Positions 6,379-15,912 of a stretch of 64,000 nucleotides of DNA are shown here, piece after piece (positions within the stretch are counted from its first letter, which is position 1; each line of letters starts with the position of its first letter). The notes under the pieces were generated by a model. The model was not told where the DNA came from. It worked only from the letters and a program-made list of their open reading frames with translations, and made no database searches. Origin of the DNA: Candidatus Omnitrophota bacterium (GTDB lineage Bacteria > Omnitrophota > Gorgyraeia > Gygaellales > Profunditerraquicolaceae). Location of the stretch: assembly GCA_023227985.1 (NCBI GenBank), contig JALOCB010000001.1, forward strand, positions 1,431 through 65,430, in the 5' to 3' direction. The translations under genes were made by a program, and so were the position numbers.

Positions 6379-9207
6379 TTAAAACGCCTGGCTTATCCCG
6401 AACCAGAGATGCGGGTCTTCTTTGGGGTCATTTATGGCCCTGGCGAAATCTATTCTCAAAACGGCTTTTTCCAGGAACCCGACCATGTCAAAGTGCAGCC
6501 TCAGGCCTACTCCTGCGTCTTTCTTGAAATCCGCGCTATCAAAATCAGAATACCAGGCCTTGCCTGCATCAAAAAAAGCCACAGCCTGGACCTTATCCAG
6601 GGAAAAGATATTCCCAGGAGAATACATCTTAATATCCGTGGAAAGCGGGAGGCGGTATTCAAGGCTGGAAAGGAACATCTGCGAGCCTTCTATAGTTTTC
6701 ATCCCATAACCCCGCAGCCCTTCAGCCCCGCCTAACTGGAATAATTTCTTATCCGCCGGTCCGCCGCAACCCAGCTTTATTTTACTGGCGGCAGTATGCT
6801 GATATTTCGGAAAGATCAACCGGTAATTATCCAATTCCGCGCTGCTGCGCCAGAAATCCTCAGTCCCTCCCAGAAAATGTCCGGCGAATTCCTGAGTAGG
6901 AATAACCTTCCAGCCGCGAACCGGATCGGCATACGGGCCATACCTGCCGAATGTCCCGGTTACCCCGGCAATAGCCTCTTCTCTTTTACGGTAATGGAGG
7001 TTATTAATTTCTTCTTTGCCGTTGAAACTGGCGGTGCTTTCCAGTTTTTGGTCCCGGACCAGGTATATAGTGAAATGATCGTTGGAATCGAACACCCCGT
7101 AACTTGCCGGCCAGAGCTCTTTACGCAGGTACAGTTTACCTCCGGAGACGTCGTTGCCCGCTTTGCTTGATTCATAGTCGAAAATCTCGAAACCCACGGC
7201 TGTCTGCTGGTTGAATAAATGGGGGAATTCATAGCCCAGGGTGGAATCAAAGGCCTTTCCGTTAAAATCATATACCGAACTGAGCCTGACCAGGCCGTCA
7301 AAAGGTTTTTGCGCCGAAGCCCCTAACCCAAGTGAAGAGCCGCCAACCTGCGGCCCGGCGACCAGGTTATAAGAATCCTGAGGCAACAATACCGGCAACT
7401 CATACACGAATAAATAAAGCGGCACCAGCTTAAAATGCGTTTTTTTGGGCCAGGAGTTATTTGTCCGGTCAAGATCAAGGGTAATAAGATCATCCGGGTC
7501 AATCTGCACTGACTTTATTTTATTTTCCCGAAGAGGAATAAAAAAATACTTATTTTTACCGTCCCAGTCATAATCCTTACTGCTGCCATCTGCGAATGTG
7601 ACCCGCGCGGCCACAGGCATCTGGATCTGGCCCCGGTTCTCCAAGGTAACTTTATCCGGCCGCACTTCCTTTACCGCGTAATCGCAGATCTTGCTGGTCT
7701 TCAGCCACTGCTCAAAGAACCAATTTAAATCCCGGCCTGATTCCTCATTACAAATACGGATGAATTCCTTAAGGCTTATATTCTTAAACCTGAATTCCGA
7801 AGCATACCTGCCGATCACCCGGTTAAACACAGCTTCGCCTATCTGGCCTTTGAGCATATCCAGAATGGCCGAACCCTTGCCGTAGGTCAGGGCAAATATC
7901 GAAGAAGGCTCCTGAAAACTGGACAGCTCACCGATCACCGGCCGGTCAAGCCCGGATTTAGCCATAAAAATATAGCGCAGCGCTGTAGAGTCCCGGAAAG
8001 AGAAATTGGGGATGAACGGTTTAATTAATTTAGGAAGGTCCAGGACCTGGGCGTTCTTTCCGTACCGGGATTCCAGATACTCCAGGACCCAGTAGGAATT
8101 CATCCCCTCATCCATGAACATCTCACGGTATTCGTCGGAGCCGATGATGTTATAAAACCACTGGTGGCTGGTCTCGTGGGAGATAAGAAAATCGAAATAA
8201 CGGTCAAGGAACCGCGGCAGTTTGTACACCCGGGTATCGATGAATATGAAAGCGGAAGACTGATCACCGCCGTAACCCAGATAATTAGGGACGATGCTGA
8301 ACTGGCTGTAAGGATACTCCCCGAAACGCCGAGAATTGAATCGCATCAGGTCGCGGGCGTTTTCCGCCGCGTCCCGGGCTCTTGTTTCATCCCCTTTGAG
8401 ATAATAAGAATTGATCCTGATCCCCTGATCATCAAGCGAGTGAACCAGGAAATCCGGGGAAATCCCGACGGCGAAATCCCTGACCGGAGCCTCTGTTTCA
8501 AAATACAGGCTCTTTGTCCCGTCAGCATTGAGCTGTTCGTTATTAAGAACGCCGGTCGCGGCAACCACCTCTTTCTGAGGCAGGGTCAGTTTCAGGCTGT
8601 AATATGCCGCGTCGCTGAAATAAGGATGGTGGTAAATATAAAAAGGGTAGTTGTGCCAACCCTGGTTGTCATGAACGCTCAACAAGGGATACCACCGGTT
8701 CAGGCTGATGATCTTCCTATGCCAGCCGAACCTTCCGTAGCTGTGCGGGATATCCACGTTAAAAACCAGGTTTATCTCGCAAGATTCTCCGGGATCCACC
8801 TGGCGGACTAATTCGACCTTAAGGATAGTCTGATCTTGGCCGAATTCCGAGAACTTAAGCGAATCCTGGCCTGAGAATGCCTTTTCGACCCGCAGGTCCC
8901 CTGACTGGAACCCCTCGGGAAAAGGATTAACCTTGAAATATCCGGCGTAACGATACAGAAAACTTATATCCGACTGCGTATATTCCCTGTGAGGGTAGAT
9001 ATGAAAGCAGGCCTCGTTCAAGGGGATATCGCTATTATTCACGAAGACCACTTTCTGCCGAGCTTTTATTTTGTGCGCGGCGGTATCGATAACGGCATCT
9101 ATTTCATAGCGGGGGAATTCCCCGGCGAGGAGATAACGGGAAGGCAGTGCCAGGATAAGAAATACGAAAAACAAAACAACTTTAACTTTTATCGCGGATC
9201 CTGTCAT
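6379..9207 (-). CDS. Signal-peptide-bearing M1-family (gluzincin) metallopeptidase domain fused to a C-terminal Omp85/BamA-like outer-membrane beta-barrel
   Basis: 942 aa. N-terminal hydrophobic signal (VVLFFVFLILALP). HETSHQWF...(19 residues)...E matches the M1 HExxH-x18-E signature. The C-terminal third has the Omp85 RGY loop motif (AEGLRGYG), GVGLRLHFDMVGF...RIDFARAIN, and ends in ...WFGISQAF (terminal aromatic, as in OM barrels). Confidence 0.6.
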   Translation of the reverse strand: MTGSAIKVKVVLFFVFLILALPSRYLLAGEFPRYEIDAVIDTAAHKIKARQKVVFVNNSDIPLNEACFHIYPHREYTQSDISFLYRYAGYFKVNPFPEGFQSGDLRVEKAFSGQDSLKFSEFGQDQTILKVELVRQVDPGESCEINLVFNVDIPHSYGRFGWHRKIISLNRWYPLLSVHDNQGWHNYPFYIYHHPYFSDAAYYSLKLTLPQKEVVAATGVLNNEQLNADGTKSLYFETEAPVRDFAVGISPDFLVHSLDDQGIRINSYYLKGDETRARDAAENARDLMRFNSRRFGEYPYSQFSIVPNYLGYGGDQSSAFIFIDTRVYKLPRFLDRYFDFLISHETSHQWFYNIIGSDEYREMFMDEGMNSYWVLEYLESRYGKNAQVLDLPKLIKPFIPNFSFRDSTALRYIFMAKSGLDRPVIGELSSFQEPSSIFALTYGKGSAILDMLKGQIGEAVFNRVIGRYASEFRFKNISLKEFIRICNEESGRDLNWFFEQWLKTSKICDYAVKEVRPDKVTLENRGQIQMPVAARVTFADGSSKDYDWDGKNKYFFIPLRENKIKSVQIDPDDLITLDLDRTNNSWPKKTHFKLVPLYLFVYELPVLLPQDSYNLVAGPQVGGSSLGLGASAQKPFDGLVRLSSVYDFNGKAFDSTLGYEFPHLFNQQTAVGFEIFDYESSKAGNDVSGGKLYLRKELWPASYGVFDSNDHFTIYLVRDQKLESTASFNGKEEINNLHYRKREEAIAGVTGTFGRYGPYADPVRGWKVIPTQEFAGHFLGGTEDFWRSSAELDNYRLIFPKYQHTAASKIKLGCGGPADKKLFQLGGAEGLRGYGMKTIEGSQMFLSSLEYRLPLSTDIKMYSPGNIFSLDKVQAVAFFDAGKAWYSDFDSADFKKDAGVGLRLHFDMVGFLEKAVLRIDFARAINDPKEDPHLWFGISQAF

Positions 9208-9841
9208 TTTCTTTCAACGGGCATATACGGCACTTCGGATTGTTCTTAAAACAGAATTCCTTGGCCAGCCTGACGATCAGCGCGTGGTATTCCTTGAATA
9301 ATCCGACATCTGCGGGGAGATTGCGCATAAATATCCCCTGAACAGAATGATACTCCGGGTCCGCGGCGATGATCTTATGCCGGGAAAAGATTCTTTTGGT
9401 ATAAGCATCTACCACAAAAACCGGTTTAGCCAAAGCGTAAAGCAGGATCGAATCCGCAGTCTCCGGACCGATCCCTTTCACCGAAAGCAGCTGTTCACGC
9501 AGTATGGATGTTCTTACCGCGGCCATCCTTTTCACGCTGGCCTTGTAGTCCCTGATGAAAAAAGCCAGGAAATTTTTGATCCGGAGGGCCTTAAGGTTGT
9601 AATATCCCGACGGCCGGATAAATTGCGCCAGCCTTTTATCGCAAAGACCGTAAAGTTTCGCGGGGGACAGGACTTTATTCTTCTTAAGGCTTCTTATCGC
9701 CTTTTCTACATTTGTCCAACTGGTATTCTGGGTAAGAATAGCTCCTATCATCACCTCAAACGCGGAGTCCGCCGGCCACCAGTATTGCGGCCCAAAACGA
9801 GCGAATAATCTTTTGTAAATATCCTTAAATCCCAGCTTCAT
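9182..9841 (-). CDS. Endonuclease III-like HhH-GPD base-excision-repair family protein
   Basis: 219 aa. HhH motif LLSVKGIGPETADSILLYAL and the following VVDAYTKRIFSRH (catalytic Asp region). C-terminal Cys residues. Confidence 0.65.
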   Translation of the reverse strand: MKLGFKDIYKRLFARFGPQYWWPADSAFEVMIGAILTQNTSWTNVEKAIRSLKKNKVLSPAKLYGLCDKRLAQFIRPSGYYNLKALRIKNFLAFFIRDYKASVKRMAAVRTSILREQLLSVKGIGPETADSILLYALAKPVFVVDAYTKRIFSRHKIIAADPEYHSVQGIFMRNLPADVGLFKEYHALIVRLAKEFCFKNNPKCRICPLKENDRIRDKS

Positions 9842-11829
9842 TCCTTGATTTCCAAGGGATTGTAATGATAATAAGCGAATATCGTATATGCGGTCCCGGA
9901 TACGGAGCCTGTGGCTTTGCCTTTAGGAGTGGACCAGCCGTGGCCCGTGTCCACAAAATCACAACTGGCATAAGGAAGACACCCCTCCCCCTGGCCTGAA
10001 GGCGAAGGGCTGTTTATTATCATATTGCATAACTGCGACAGGTATTCATCCGCTTTTTCCTGGTAAAATTTGGCTTTGGCGGCCATATCCTTCTTATGGT
10101 AATATTCACTCATTATCCTGAAGGATATGACCATCTGCGCGGTCCATTCCGAGGAGACTACGCCTCCGCGGGCCAGATGCCGTTGCGGGGCGAAATCGAA
10201 TCCTTTTATTTTCACATTCCCGCCGCCTATTCGGGGATAAAAAACCTCTACCGCGCAATTAGTCTCGGCGAATTCCATTATTTTATCCGGATTCAACCCT
10301 AATTCGCTTAATTTCTCCGGGCCTATGGCGGCTATAGACCAGGCATACGTGTCCGTGGCAATAGTAGAGTCTCCTTTGCCGCGCATGATCGGGATATCCT
10401 GCTGGTTATAGGTATTCCGGATCAACCAGTTCAGCATTTTATCCCTGGCGTCCAAATAAACCTGCTTTCCGGTCGCCTTATAAAGCATATTGAAGAACGC
10501 GTATCCGTCAAGATTATGCTCGGTGGCGTACCAAGTTACATCCGGCCCTCCGCGGATACCCCCGTCCTTATCTTCAGCCTGCAAGGCCATTATCGGCTGA
10601 GCAATCTCTTCGGCCAAATGCAGGTATTTCGGGTCCCCGGTTTTATGCCCGTACTGCAGGACCGCGATCCCCAGCCAGATATTCGGCCCGCAGTGCAGGA
10701 TATATTCAGCGGGAGTGCCGTCGCTTACATAATAAGCGTTATAAAACATCCCCCCCTGCCTTTTAGCCTTTTTGACGAAAAAATCCATGAGCTTATTAGA
10801 CCGCTCAAAATCGGAAAAATTAGTATATGCCTGCAAGGCCAGGGACTGGTCGTATATGAACGCCCAGTTAGCCAATTCATTGTCTCCCTCGAAACTCATC
10901 ACCATTCCGGTACGCTGATTCTGATGGACAGTAAGCCAGCGGTACATCTTGTCGAAATTGGCTTTTTCCAGGACTACCTTGCGTTCATCCAAGCGCAGAA
11001 GTTCTTCGGTAACCTTATTTTCTTTATGCTGGAGGCCAAGCAATTCTTCCTGGAACGCGGATTTTTCTTTGGCCAATTTCTCTACTGTCGCGTTCAACTC
11101 CTTGAGCCGGTCCTTATTCTTCGCATCCTCGAGCCTGGCCCTTTCCTCCTCCTGTTGAACCTTAAGCTCGCCCTGCCTGGCCTTCTCCTCCAATAAGGCT
11201 TTTTCCTCATCAATGTTCTGAAGCCGTAGCTGCAGCGCCCCTATTTTCAGATGAAGATCTTCTTTTTCCCGGCTTATATCTTTTATTTTCTGCTTGGCTA
11301 TACTGGATTCCTGAAGGATATTGACTAATTGCTGGACCAAAGCCTTATTTCCTTTTACCAACTGCATATTTACATATCCGCCAATAACAAAACCTGCGAT
11401 CAGGACGGATATTATAGTCAGTATAAAAGGCAGGAATAGCTTCTTGGCCCGCGCGTATTGAATGATCTTTGCCTGGGCTAGCGGGTTTATTTTTTCATAA
11501 CTCAATCCGATGAAAAAACGCAGGCGGTCTTCCGGGTCTTCCTTGACCCAGGCGATCCTGGCCTGCGCGTCGACTGCCGGGCGGTTCAATGGCATACGTA
11601 TGCGCAATAACACGGCATAATTGCCTGTCTTTAAAAGCCCCCGGACATGGCTGTCGAGATTGCCCGAGTCCAAAAGGATACCACCCTTGCTTATATTGTG
11701 CGTAAAACCCTGTATCCAGTCGGACAAGAACTGCAGGCCGTCGATACTGACCAGCCTGAATTGCACGGGGAATACCGAATCAAGCCTTATATATTGCCTG
11801 CGTTCGGCGGATAATATCTTTTTTGCCAC
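9838..11829 (-). CDS. PilZ domain (c-di-GMP-binding type) - TM - long coiled coil - C-terminal (alpha/alpha)6 glycoside-hydrolase-like domain fusion protein
   Basis: N-terminus RRQYIRL...NISKGGILL fits the PilZ RxxxR / DxSxGG motifs. Hydrophobic segment FLPFILTIISVLIAGFVIGG. ~150-aa heptad-rich region (EEKARQGELKVQQEEERARLE...). The C-terminal 350 aa is aromatic-rich and glycosidase-like; the fold assignment is tentative. Confidence 0.5.
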   Translation of the reverse strand: MAKKILSAERRQYIRLDSVFPVQFRLVSIDGLQFLSDWIQGFTHNISKGGILLDSGNLDSHVRGLLKTGNYAVLLRIRMPLNRPAVDAQARIAWVKEDPEDRLRFFIGLSYEKINPLAQAKIIQYARAKKLFLPFILTIISVLIAGFVIGGYVNMQLVKGNKALVQQLVNILQESSIAKQKIKDISREKEDLHLKIGALQLRLQNIDEEKALLEEKARQGELKVQQEEERARLEDAKNKDRLKELNATVEKLAKEKSAFQEELLGLQHKENKVTEELLRLDERKVVLEKANFDKMYRWLTVHQNQRTGMVMSFEGDNELANWAFIYDQSLALQAYTNFSDFERSNKLMDFFVKKAKRQGGMFYNAYYVSDGTPAEYILHCGPNIWLGIAVLQYGHKTGDPKYLHLAEEIAQPIMALQAEDKDGGIRGGPDVTWYATEHNLDGYAFFNMLYKATGKQVYLDARDKMLNWLIRNTYNQQDIPIMRGKGDSTIATDTYAWSIAAIGPEKLSELGLNPDKIMEFAETNCAVEVFYPRIGGGNVKIKGFDFAPQRHLARGGVVSSEWTAQMVISFRIMSEYYHKKDMAAKAKFYQEKADEYLSQLCNMIINSPSPSGQGEGCLPYASCDFVDTGHGWSTPKGKATGSVSGTAYTIFAYYHYNPLEIKE

Positions 11830-11830
11830 G

Positions 11831-12046
11831 TTATTTGATCCTTTCCAGGATTATCCGCTGTTTGATCTTCTTGGAAAGCTCTTCCAGGGATTTCTTGAAA
11901 GCGGGATATTCTTCTTCAGATATAATATTCTCCTTCAACTCCAGTTCCTGGCGGAGATTAATTATATTCCCCGCATATTTATAGCGGACGCTGAATTTAA
12001 GCCAAGGGTTGTCCTCATTTATATCCGGCGGCATATATTCTACCAC
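11831..12046 (-). CDS. Short ORF, possibly the frameshifted C-terminal continuation of the upstream transglutaminase-like gene
   Basis: 71 codons, same strand, filling the gap between two genes. Its frame stays open upstream to 12103 (SGYAGYQRRGAKYIVPAGFVVEYMPPDINED...), overlapping the end of ORF 12040..14187 in another frame. Confidence 0.3.
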   Translation of the reverse strand: MVEYMPPDINEDNPWLKFSVRYKYAGNIINLRQELELKENIISEEEYPAFKKSLEELSKKIKQRIILERIK

Positions 12047-14187
12047 AAAACCCGCCGGGACGATATATTTAGCTCCGCGCCTTTGATATCCAGCATATCC
12101 AGATCAAGCGGATAATTTCGCTTATCGCGGGAAACTATCCCCGTATTCACATCTACCAGTTGAGGCATTATCCTTAACCGGCCGGCGCAGGTAAAATATT
12201 CAGGGCCGTGGAACCGGTAACTTAATTCCACGGTTTTATCCAGGTCATCAAGGTTTTTTATATCGTAATCCTTAAGGGTCGCACCTATGGATATGCCCTG
12301 TATCTTCTTCTCGATCTCCGCGCGGATCAATTCGGGGAGAGTATAAAGAAGCCAGTAACGCTGGAACTGATCATACACACCCCGGGTACGGATAGTTTTC
12401 TGCGCGTCGATACTTTCATCGTTGTTGACCTTTATGCTTACAGCCTGCTTAACCGTGTTATCCTCCGCAGGGGCCAACGGCGTGTTCAATATTTTATACC
12501 CATCCTCGCCGCATAATAAAACTTTTCTCGCCTGATCACCCAGGGGGATATCGCCGAATGAACAGACCTGGGCGGTGGTATCAAAAAAAACCGTTTTGCC
12601 GTTCACCTCGGCGCAGGCTATGCAGTGGTTGAAGATCATATTAGGCAGATCCTCATTCAGGTCGTAATATTCCTTTGTCCCGATCAACACCGGCCAGGCG
12701 CGTATTCCCGCCTGCCTTAACATCCCCGCGAGAAGAATCGCCTGGTCTTTACAATCCCCGTATTTATTTTTAAAGATATCCGCCGCCCGGTGAGGCTCAT
12801 ATCCAGCCTTTCCGTATTCCACGGCCACATAGCGTATCTGCCGGGCGCAAAAATTATAGACAGCCCGGGCCCGCGCTTCTTCTGATCCCAGGTTTTCAGT
12901 CAATTCCTTCACCTTTAACCGTATCGCGTCATCCGCGGCCATTTTATCCTTAGCCAGCGGCCACCACCAATTATAGACTTCATCCCAGCTGTCAAAGGTA
13001 GAGATAAACAACGCCGGGTTTATCCTGGTCGACGGGATCATATCGGCTTCCGGAATGATCTGCGGTATATTCTCAAAATGCCAGCTATAAACCCTGCTGG
13101 ATTTGGTTTCCTTTATGACCGGCTTTAGCTCAGCCCCGAAGTTATTATATTTTTCATTAAGATACTTCAAGTGCAGCCGCCTGTCCAAGGGCAGCTCTAC
13201 GGTGAAATCAGCGCTGGCGATCGGCTCTGAGGACTGCACGGGGTAAATTTCGGCAAAATGTTTTTTGTCAACCAATTCATTACTGTATATTTTTACCTTG
13301 TATTCGATGCAGGCCCCCTTGGTCACTCCGGGAAAGGATATGATAAAAACACGGGCATTGCTGTAAAGCGGAAAGTTAAGATATTTACTGACGTCGCGGA
13401 TATGCCTTGTACCCACATTGACTACTCTGCCATCGGGGGCTATGGTCCTGGCAAAATCCAACTCGACTTTCTCATAAGTAGAGTCATACTCGACAGGGGC
13501 TTCGGAAAACTCATTCTTGCCCCGGTCATTAAGGACCTTGACCACATAATGGAAAGTAGAAACCTGCCGGTTATCCGGCAGTATCCTGATCTTTTCATCG
13601 CAAAACAATATCTGAGCTCCGGCCTGGGGATACTTTTCCGCAACAGGCGCTTTTTCTATAATATCGGCTGTTTGAGGACTGATCTGCCGTATTTTTTTCG
13701 AAACGCCGGATTTTTCGATCAAGCCGGTCCGCTCGGCCGCTTCTTTGGCGAACTTCCCGGCTTTTATCTGCCCGTATATCTCCAGCGCCTTATCGAACAA
13801 ATTGAGTTTTTCACAAGTAAGGCCGTGGTAATAACGGGTTTCGTCATCCGGGCTGTTATCGCGGCTGAAAAAATCAAGCGCCTCGGTAAAACTGCCCAGG
13901 CGGTAACTGGCTATCCCCCTTAATTTCATCGCTCCGGAAAGATCCGTCGATTTTAATTCTTCAACAGCCTGATGGAACTTTCCGCGGTCAAAATAAAGCC
14001 CGGCCAGTTCCAAACGCAGCGCCCCGTCATCCGGGCTCCTCTCGATCATTCCGCGATATATATCCACCGCAGCCCGATAATCCGTCTGAGATCTATTGGC
14101 GAGAAACCGCGCCTGACTCCCGGGACCATTGCCGCAACCGGCGACCATCAAAACTGCCGATAAAACTAAAAATAAATTACCGCGCAT
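12040..14187 (-). CDS. Lipoprotein with N-terminal TPR repeats, DUF3857-like region and transglutaminase-like cysteine protease core
   Basis: Lipobox LMVAGC after an N-terminal signal. TPR-like helices (YRGMIERSPDDGALRLELAGLYFDRGKFHQAVEEL). YGDCKDQAILLAGMLRQAGI matches the transglutaminase-like catalytic Cys motif. Confidence 0.65.
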   Translation of the reverse strand: MRGNLFLVLSAVLMVAGCGNGPGSQARFLANRSQTDYRAAVDIYRGMIERSPDDGALRLELAGLYFDRGKFHQAVEELKSTDLSGAMKLRGIASYRLGSFTEALDFFSRDNSPDDETRYYHGLTCEKLNLFDKALEIYGQIKAGKFAKEAAERTGLIEKSGVSKKIRQISPQTADIIEKAPVAEKYPQAGAQILFCDEKIRILPDNRQVSTFHYVVKVLNDRGKNEFSEAPVEYDSTYEKVELDFARTIAPDGRVVNVGTRHIRDVSKYLNFPLYSNARVFIISFPGVTKGACIEYKVKIYSNELVDKKHFAEIYPVQSSEPIASADFTVELPLDRRLHLKYLNEKYNNFGAELKPVIKETKSSRVYSWHFENIPQIIPEADMIPSTRINPALFISTFDSWDEVYNWWWPLAKDKMAADDAIRLKVKELTENLGSEEARARAVYNFCARQIRYVAVEYGKAGYEPHRAADIFKNKYGDCKDQAILLAGMLRQAGIRAWPVLIGTKEYYDLNEDLPNMIFNHCIACAEVNGKTVFFDTTAQVCSFGDIPLGDQARKVLLCGEDGYKILNTPLAPAEDNTVKQAVSIKVNNDESIDAQKTIRTRGVYDQFQRYWLLYTLPELIRAEIEKKIQGISIGATLKDYDIKNLDDLDKTVELSYRFHGPEYFTCAGRLRIMPQLVDVNTGIVSRDKRNYPLDLDMLDIKGAELNISSRRVLW

Positions 14188-14198
14188 AATATATCCGC

Positions 14199-15017
14199 CT
14201 ATTCTATTCTAATATCCAAGATGTTATCGATCCGGAATGTCCGCTCTTCGCTCTTTAAACAACAGAACCCCACCAGATAATTGCATCTTCCGTCCTGTTT
14301 GATTTGCCTGGGGATCACCCGGCGTTCGGTTGTTCCGGCATTCACGGAAGAAAGGTATTTGATCTTCAGTGTTGCTGACCCGGCGATAGCTTCTTTTATC
14401 AAAGTGAGCTTTTCTTCATCCCCTCCGCAGCCGGGGACCTTCTCCCCGAAAAACCCGACCAGATAACGGTATTCAAGGATCGACTTCTGTTTCATCACCT
14501 CAACGAGGCGGTTAAAGATATCCAGGGTCATTTCCACGTCGGACATGGCCCGGTGTTTCTGCTTTTTCTTGATCCCCAGCGCTTCAGCGACCGCCCATAA
14601 CGGATAGCGCCCTAACCCCGGCAACAGCTTCCGGGACATTGTCAGGATATCCACCACATCCGTTCCCTGTGGCAATTCCAACAGGCTCAAAGCCAGTTCC
14701 TCCCTCAAGAAACCCATATCAAAACCGGCGTTGTACGAACAAAGGCAGCTCCCTTTTATGAACTCCAGGAACTTCGGCAGAACCTCCGCTGACAGGGGCG
14801 CGCCGTTAAGCATCTCCGGAGATATCTTATTAACCGCGAATGCTGCAGGAGAAACCGGCCTGCCGGGATCGATAAAAGATTGAAAACTGCCCAGCCGCTT
14901 TCCGGAACGTATGCGGATAGCGGCTATCTCCACGATCCTGTCCCCGGCTCCCGGATCCAGTCCCGTAGTTTCAGTATCATATATGGTGAATTCTGCTTCT
15001 TCGAATTTATTATTCAT
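14199..15017 (-). CDS. DnaQ-like (DEDDh) 3'-5' exonuclease domain fused to a C-terminal WYL-like domain
   Basis: FTIYDTETTGLDPGAGDRIVEIAAIRI (Exo I motif) and HRAMSDVEMT (Exo III H..D). C-terminus RRVIPRQIKQDGRCNYLVGFCCLKSEERTFRIDNI resembles the WYL-domain terminus (R.FR.DRI). Overlaps the upstream gene by 8 nt. Confidence 0.65.
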   Translation of the reverse strand: MNNKFEEAEFTIYDTETTGLDPGAGDRIVEIAAIRIRSGKRLGSFQSFIDPGRPVSPAAFAVNKISPEMLNGAPLSAEVLPKFLEFIKGSCLCSYNAGFDMGFLREELALSLLELPQGTDVVDILTMSRKLLPGLGRYPLWAVAEALGIKKKQKHRAMSDVEMTLDIFNRLVEVMKQKSILEYRYLVGFFGEKVPGCGGDEEKLTLIKEAIAGSATLKIKYLSSVNAGTTERRVIPRQIKQDGRCNYLVGFCCLKSEERTFRIDNILDIRIE

Positions 15018-15909
15018 CTCTCCCCGCGGCTATATAATTAGCGACCAACTCTTGCGGACGATAAGATAATTTTACCCGGCGTAAGCCCTCCATGCCGCAA
15101 TCGTCCATAATATTTATATACTTATACCCGCTCATATCGGCGCAGAATCTTCGGAATATATACTGGCTTAACCCCCGGATACCCAGATCAGTCACCTCAA
15201 AGAGGACACAGAAAGTCTCGTTGTTCAGTTCAAACCCGAAGGTGAACCCTTTGACTTTTCCGTCGATCAAAACCAGCCTGCCGCAAGGGTCAAGCTCATC
15301 AGATCCGGCCAAGAACTCCTCAAGGCAGGTAAGATTATCCGCGAGCATCCCCTGGTACACGCGATCGCCGCATGCCTGCCTGCGCCCTGACATCCATTCG
15401 GAGTAAAGCGCCAGGCACTCGGCTTTGCGCTCCGGAGAATACTGGACGTAATCAAAATCATACCGCTTTATGAATTGATTTGCCCCGGAACGCTTGGATT
15501 TAAAATGGTCTCCCTTAAGCTCTGCCAGCGACCGCCTCAGGTAAAGATATTCCCCGGGCTTTTCATAACAACGCAATCCCGAGTCGCGGTAAAATCCTAT
15601 GTTGTTCCCTTCTATATTCTCTATCCGGGATACGGCCTTGTTCCGGTTAAGTTTATCCATTATCCCAAAAGCCTTATCCAGCGTATCCCGGGATATCTCA
15701 TCGCCCAGAGGAGGCAGATACATAAATACCCCCGTATTGTCCGCAAAGAACAGGCAGAGATTATCATTGATCAAAACCCAGCTTATATCAAAGATTTTGC
15801 GCCAGATGAATATATTGACAAAAGAATAGGCCGACAGCCGATGACCGGAAAGTCCCAGGAAATCGCCAAAAAGACGCTTATCGTTCAATGATAGCTTATT
15901 CCGGTCCAT
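15010..15909 (-). CDS. DUF2156 / MprF C-terminal-domain-like protein (putative aminoacyl-tRNA-dependent acyl/aminoacyl transferase fold)
   Basis: 299 aa. N-terminal YSFVNIFIWR and C-terminal GLRRVKLSYRPQ resemble the LPG-synthase C-domain family. Call from memory of family motifs; not verified. Confidence 0.5.
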   Translation of the reverse strand: MDRNKLSLNDKRLFGDFLGLSGHRLSAYSFVNIFIWRKIFDISWVLINDNLCLFFADNTGVFMYLPPLGDEISRDTLDKAFGIMDKLNRNKAVSRIENIEGNNIGFYRDSGLRCYEKPGEYLYLRRSLAELKGDHFKSKRSGANQFIKRYDFDYVQYSPERKAECLALYSEWMSGRRQACGDRVYQGMLADNLTCLEEFLAGSDELDPCGRLVLIDGKVKGFTFGFELNNETFCVLFEVTDLGIRGLSQYIFRRFCADMSGYKYINIMDDCGMEGLRRVKLSYRPQELVANYIAAGRDE

Positions 15910-15912
15910 AAG

